A stretch of 64,000 nt of DNA from an uncultured Acidobacteriota bacterium (GTDB taxonomy: Bacteria > Acidobacteriota > Blastocatellia > RBC074): NCBI GenBank assembly GCA_963796275.1, contig CAWCKY010000007.1, positions 160,001 to 224,000 of the forward strand, in the 5' to 3' direction. Within the stretch, counting starts at the first letter, position 1; each line of letters opens with the position of its first letter. Both the position numbers and the translations under genes were made by a program. A model generated the notes under the pieces. It worked only from the letters and a program-made list of their open reading frames with translations, searched no databases and was not told the DNA's origin. Of this stretch, positions 59,977-64,000 are shown piece by piece.

Positions 59977-60036
59977 ACATGATCGCGAAAACAGGCGGGC
60001 GGCGGCTTCTGTGTCTGCGGTCGAACTCAAACCGGC

Positions 60037-61791
60037 ATGGGAGCGATTGAGGCAATGAAGAGGCATCTGGTGCGGATCGCCATACAGGCGTTGGCATTTG
60101 GATCCATACTGCTGGCACAGCCGGCCGGCAGCGGGATGAGGTGGCATCGCGCCCCACACTCGGGAACGCAGGGGGCGCGGCCCAACATCATCGTCATCCT
60201 CGCTGATGATCTGGGCTATTCGGATCTAGGTTGTTACGGCGGAGAAATCAATACGCCGAATCTGGATGGTCTGGCAGAGAATGGGCTGCGCTTTACGCAG
60301 TTTTACAATTCCGCGCGCTGCTGTCCCACGCGCGCAGCGTTGTTGACCGGTTTGTATCCGCACCAGGCTGGCGTCGGCTTGATGACGGGCGATGCGGGCG
60401 ACCTATATCCCGGATATCGCGGCTCAATTCAGCCGTATGCCGTGACGCTCGCTGAGGTCTTGCAGGCCGCGGGTTATCACACGGCCATGAGCGGTAAATG
60501 GCACGTGGGCGACCGGGTATCGCCGATCGAACGAGGCTTCCATGATTTTTACGGCTTCACGCGAGGCTATGCGGTCGATTCGTTTGACCCGAGAATGATG
60601 ATTCGCTTGCCGGCGGGGAAGACGCAACGCACCTATAAACCGGGCGAGTATTTCGCCACCGATGCGATCACCGATCACGCGCTGGATTTTCTGAATGACG
60701 CGCGCCGAACGAAAAAACCGTGGTTCTTATATGTCGCATATCAGGCGCCGCATTTCCCGGTGCAATCGCGCGACGATGACGCCGCGCCCTATGCCGACGT
60801 TTACGAGAAGGGCTGGGATAGATTGCGTGAGGAACGGCTGGCGCGGATGAAGAAGGCCGGTTCGGTTCCGAAAAACACGACGCTCACTGCGCGCAGCGCA
60901 ATTCCGCGGCCCGACGTGGCGAAGCGGCTCGGCTCGATGACCGCCGACGGCGCCAATCCGGCTTGGGATACGCTCGATGACGCCCGCAGGGCGGATTTGG
61001 CGCGGCGGATGGCGACATTCGCCGGGATGGTCGGCGGGATGGATCGCAACGTCGGACGAATCATCGCCGATTTGAAACGCAACGGGGAACTCGACCATAC
61101 GCTGATTCTGTTTCTCAGCGATAACGGAGCCTGCGCGGAATGGGAACCGTATGGCTTCGATCTGAACAAACCGGCCAACGTGACGGCCGGCACGGGGATC
61201 AATATGGGCACGCCGAACGCTCCCAACATCCTGCATAGCCGTGCGGACCTCGGCGCAATGGGCGGCCCGGACAGTCTGTTCAGTTACGGCAGCGCGTGGG
61301 CGGGGTTGAGTAATACGCCCTGGCGCATGTACAAACACTACAGTCATGAAGGCGGCATCTCGTCGCCATTGATTGCGCATTGGCCTGCCGCAATCAAAGC
61401 GCGCGGGCAATGGCGCACGCAACCCGGTCACGTTATTGATTTGATGGCGACGCTGGTAGATGTGGCGGGCGCCCAGTATCCGCGGATGCGTGCGGATGTG
61501 CCGGTCTTACCGATGGAGGGAGTCAGCCTGCGTCCGGCATTTGCGAATAAATCGCTTGGACGTAAATCACCGATGTTTTTCGAACACGACGGATCGCGCG
61601 CCGTGCGCGACGGCAGATGGAAACTGGTCGGGAAACGCGGCGGCGAATGGGAACTTTACGACATCGAAACCGATCGAACTGAATTGAACGATCTGGCAGA
61701 GCGGCGACCGGATAAGGCGCGCGAACTGGCTGCGCGCTGGGATGAATGGGCCAGGCGCACACATGCGCTTCCGAGGCCGGGGGGCAGATGA
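60037..61791 (+). CDS. Arylsulfatase (Cys-type)
   Basis: Motifs RPNIIVILADDLGYSD, CCPTRAALLTG, GKWH, LSDNG; the true start may be 60055. Confidence 0.93.
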   Translation: MGAIEAMKRHLVRIAIQALAFGSILLAQPAGSGMRWHRAPHSGTQGARPNIIVILADDLGYSDLGCYGGEINTPNLDGLAENGLRFTQFYNSARCCPTRAALLTGLYPHQAGVGLMTGDAGDLYPGYRGSIQPYAVTLAEVLQAAGYHTAMSGKWHVGDRVSPIERGFHDFYGFTRGYAVDSFDPRMMIRLPAGKTQRTYKPGEYFATDAITDHALDFLNDARRTKKPWFLYVAYQAPHFPVQSRDDDAAPYADVYEKGWDRLREERLARMKKAGSVPKNTTLTARSAIPRPDVAKRLGSMTADGANPAWDTLDDARRADLARRMATFAGMVGGMDRNVGRIIADLKRNGELDHTLILFLSDNGACAEWEPYGFDLNKPANVTAGTGINMGTPNAPNILHSRADLGAMGGPDSLFSYGSAWAGLSNTPWRMYKHYSHEGGISSPLIAHWPAAIKARGQWRTQPGHVIDLMATLVDVAGAQYPRMRADVPVLPMEGVSLRPAFANKSLGRKSPMFFEHDGSRAVRDGRWKLVGKRGGEWELYDIETDRTELNDLAERRPDKARELAARWDEWARRTHALPRPGGR

Positions 61792-61952
61792 ACTGAAGGG
61801 CGGCCTAATTCGGCCCATTGCTGTCCGCAGGTTTACGGTCAGGGTTATTCGCGGCGCGGCAACCGGCGGAGCAGCCAGCATGCGGCCAGATTCTGATACT
61901 GAATTGCGAGGCCGACTGATTGATCGGCCCCGACTGTCGAACATGCAGCGGA

Positions 61953-62240
61953 TCAATCGAAATCGAAGATATCGCCGAGAAACGATTTGCGTTTACGCCC
62001 ATGACGGTCGTACCGATGCCGTTCGTCGTCGTCGTCGTCATACCTTTCCTTATAATGCTCCCGATAATTCTCGCGTTGATCCTTATCGCGCACATCAGCC
62101 CGCTCCGTTGCCGCTCGCTCGATGATCTTGTCGAGTTCGCCGCGGTCGAGCCAGACGCCGCGACATTTCGGGCAATAATCAATTTCGACGCCCTGACGAT
62201 CAGCCATCGTCAGGGCTACATTGCATACTGGACAGTTCAT
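61953..62240 (-). CDS. zf-TFIIB-type zinc-ribbon protein
   Basis: MNCPVC...GVEIDYCPKCRGVWLDRGELDKII and tail KRKSFLGDIFDFD; AAGGAGA RBS before ATG 62240. Confidence 0.9.
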   Translation of the reverse strand: MNCPVCNVALTMADRQGVEIDYCPKCRGVWLDRGELDKIIERAATERADVRDKDQRENYREHYKERYDDDDDERHRYDRHGRKRKSFLGDIFDFD

Positions 62241-62495
62241 TAATATCTCCTTGATTTTGGATTTTATCTCCCAGCGAATCCCGCTAAAAAATTCCCGCGA
62301 CCGATGCCGCGAAAGGTCCCGATCCAGTGTCTCGATCAATTCTGACACGGCGGCACGAGTTGTGCGGATCGAATGGGCGCCTGTTTCAGTCTCGTGATAT
62401 TTGACCTTCACCGAATACGTCCCGGGACTCGGACCCGGCTAACTATAGTAAGATCACGCATGAATACACTGTTAACTAAGTTCTTGATGATCTAT

Positions 62496-62523
62496 GAATC
62501 AGTACCGTTCGCGGTACTGATTC
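62496..62523. repeat. Collapsed family-A REP hairpin
   Basis: GAATCAGTACCG-TTCG-CGGTACTGATTC. Confidence 0.75.
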
Positions 62524-62729
62524 GAACTTGAATCGCCATTTAAACAGCAAATAACTTAGTCTTAGGTTACAGAGTAATGAACTTCATCAGGGGAAAGAAA
62601 TTTGACTTGAGCCATACGAATGTTTCTAAGTAAATCAGTGTCCAATGTGCCGGCTCACTGAAGGCACATAATCAAAGGGTACATCCTGAAGAATGCCTGC
62701 GTACCAACGAATGTAGTATTTATTCAAAA

Positions 62730-63065
62730 TTGGGATATAAGCAAGATGTAATTGCAATATCAACACCAAAAAGCGCGGCCTTCGATGAGATTTATCAGAA
62801 AGTACCCATGGAACAAGTCGCACGGCTGAGAGAGTTCCGTCTCGCCCATCCATACAAGCACCTAACTATTGGTGATACAAAATGGAAGTACTCTATCTTG
62901 CGGGCAAGGAGAGCAAACGCTACTTCTGTTGCCTGGGGTTTTTGTCTATCGGCGAATCAACATTCCAGTTCGTAACGGCTTTTGAGAACGAATACCGCAT
63001 CATCAGCCTTCCTATGCGCTATCGCTTACGATGGAAAGATTATGTGTGGGTATCGCTCATATTGA
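62730..63065 (+). pseudogene. Fragmented N-terminus of an alpha/beta-hydrolase-like gene
   Basis: Pieces in three frames: LREFRLAHPYKHLTIGDTKWKY / LLLLPG / IGESTFQFVTAFENEYRIIS. Confidence 0.5.
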
Positions 63066-63650
63066 GGGATATCTGTGGGGATTGTCTGAGGTTGCCAGCG
63101 CAAACACAGCCATCGTCTTCGAAGCTGCAGCAGAGGATGGAGAAATGCTAACTTTGAACATGTATGGAGTACGACTGGTGGCGGTGATCTACTCACAATC
63201 GTTTTTAATTCTTCCCTCCTGCGCGCTATGGCCACATTGCGTGTGATCCTTGAGCACGCGCTGCATCTCGCTGCGCTTCTTCCCCCTTATACTTCTGATT
63301 GCGTCCCACCACTAGCCTCCCTGAAGGAATTTGAAGAGAGTTAAAACAGAAATAATATTCGCCAATCCCGATATTGTCCTTCTCCGACGCGACATATACA
63401 TAGGAGGGTACGTAGGAGAGGAAATTTTATATCATCATTCATACATCCACGCTCCGACTCTCCATTTTTATTTTCCGTACCGCCTGAAGACGACCGAACG
63501 GTGCGGAAGGGCGGCCCGCCGGCAAGGCCGCTTTTTCAGACCGAAATAATAACGGAAGAAAAAGCCAATTGCCGGCGTTGCTCTGAATGACCAACGTTTA
63601 TGATTGGACCGAATATGGCTGGAAAGGTGATGAGATTGTAGGTTTTGCAC

Positions 63651-63735
63651 ACCGAGCAAGGAGATGCAGCCGACTCGCATCAGCAAAGTCTTCTTCGATC
63701 GGGTTTGTGCGCGCGGCTGATCCCCGGCATTGGAC
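63651..63735 (+). other. Degenerate integron attC-like site
   Basis: GAT-G-CAGCCG-A-CTCGCA pairs with TGCGCG-CGGCTG-ATC, leaving two extrahelical bases. The outer boxes ACCGAGC and ATTGGAC deviate from RYYYAAC and GTTRRRY. Confidence 0.5.
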
Positions 63736-63790
63736 GGACTACGCGGTCGCATCGAAAGGCGGGCGTCTCGTAGTGGATCTAGGAGCTCCT

Positions 63791-64000
63791 ATGCGCGTTG
63801 GTGAGAGAAAGATCACACATCCCGAGGGTGCCGAACTGCAGATGGACACAGCCCCGGCCGACTGGATCGCCCCTCGACTGCTGCCGTGGGGCGGTGACGT
63901 TGGCACGCGTGTGTGCGCCATCGTGCCGACCGGCTACGAGGCATACTTACGGGTCTTCCATCACGCTGAGGAACACGTAGGAAGCGAGTCGATCCGTCGG
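63791..64000 (+). CDS. Hypothetical protein, truncated by the window edge
   Basis: AGGAG RBS; MRVGERKITHPEGAELQMDTAPADWIAPRLLPWGGDVGTRVCAIVPTGYEAYLRVFH stays open to the edge. Confidence 0.65.
   Translation, partial: MRVGERKITHPEGAELQMDTAPADWIAPRLLPWGGDVGTRVCAIVPTGYEAYLRVFHHAEEHVGSESIRR

Noticed and set aside
62241-62411. N-terminal extension of the zinc-finger ORF, faintly like a ribosome hibernation factor helix
   Set aside because: A strong RBS marks 62240 as the start, and the resemblance is too short to support.
4850-62523. Recurring palindromes as a CRISPR array
   Set aside because: Copies are dispersed inverted repeats, not regularly spaced direct repeats, and no cas genes are present.

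Overview
A GC-rich bacterial window. Its gene content and repeat families suggest Acidobacteriota, probably Blastocatellia-like (inference, no marker gene present). It is mostly envelope-associated catabolic loci: four large TonB-dependent receptors (one cut by the left edge), an IclR-linked sugar-acid cluster (1-11.2 kb), a Tat-exported enolase-family enzyme with receptor and TPR genes, and two tandem DUF1549/DUF1553-cytochrome c plus DUF1501 pairs. It also has an AT-richer two-gene toxin/immunity-like island, a glycoside hydrolase-receptor-CRTAC1-TPR-heptaheme cytochrome operon, a pqqABCDE-MFS cluster and a LacI-receptor-sulfatase-GH2-arylsulfatase locus. Features missing from the ORF track include a 38-aa PqqA with an acidic tail, a hairpin terminator after pqqA, a shared promoter motif in the IclR cluster and a circularly permuted PA14 domain. 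Also missed are nested REP/MITE-like elements, a repeat apparently co-opted as a signal peptide, several frameshifts and gene remnants, and a degenerate attC-like site near the right edge. No rRNA, tRNA, CRISPR array or transposase was seen. All family assignments come from recognising motifs by eye, not from database searches.
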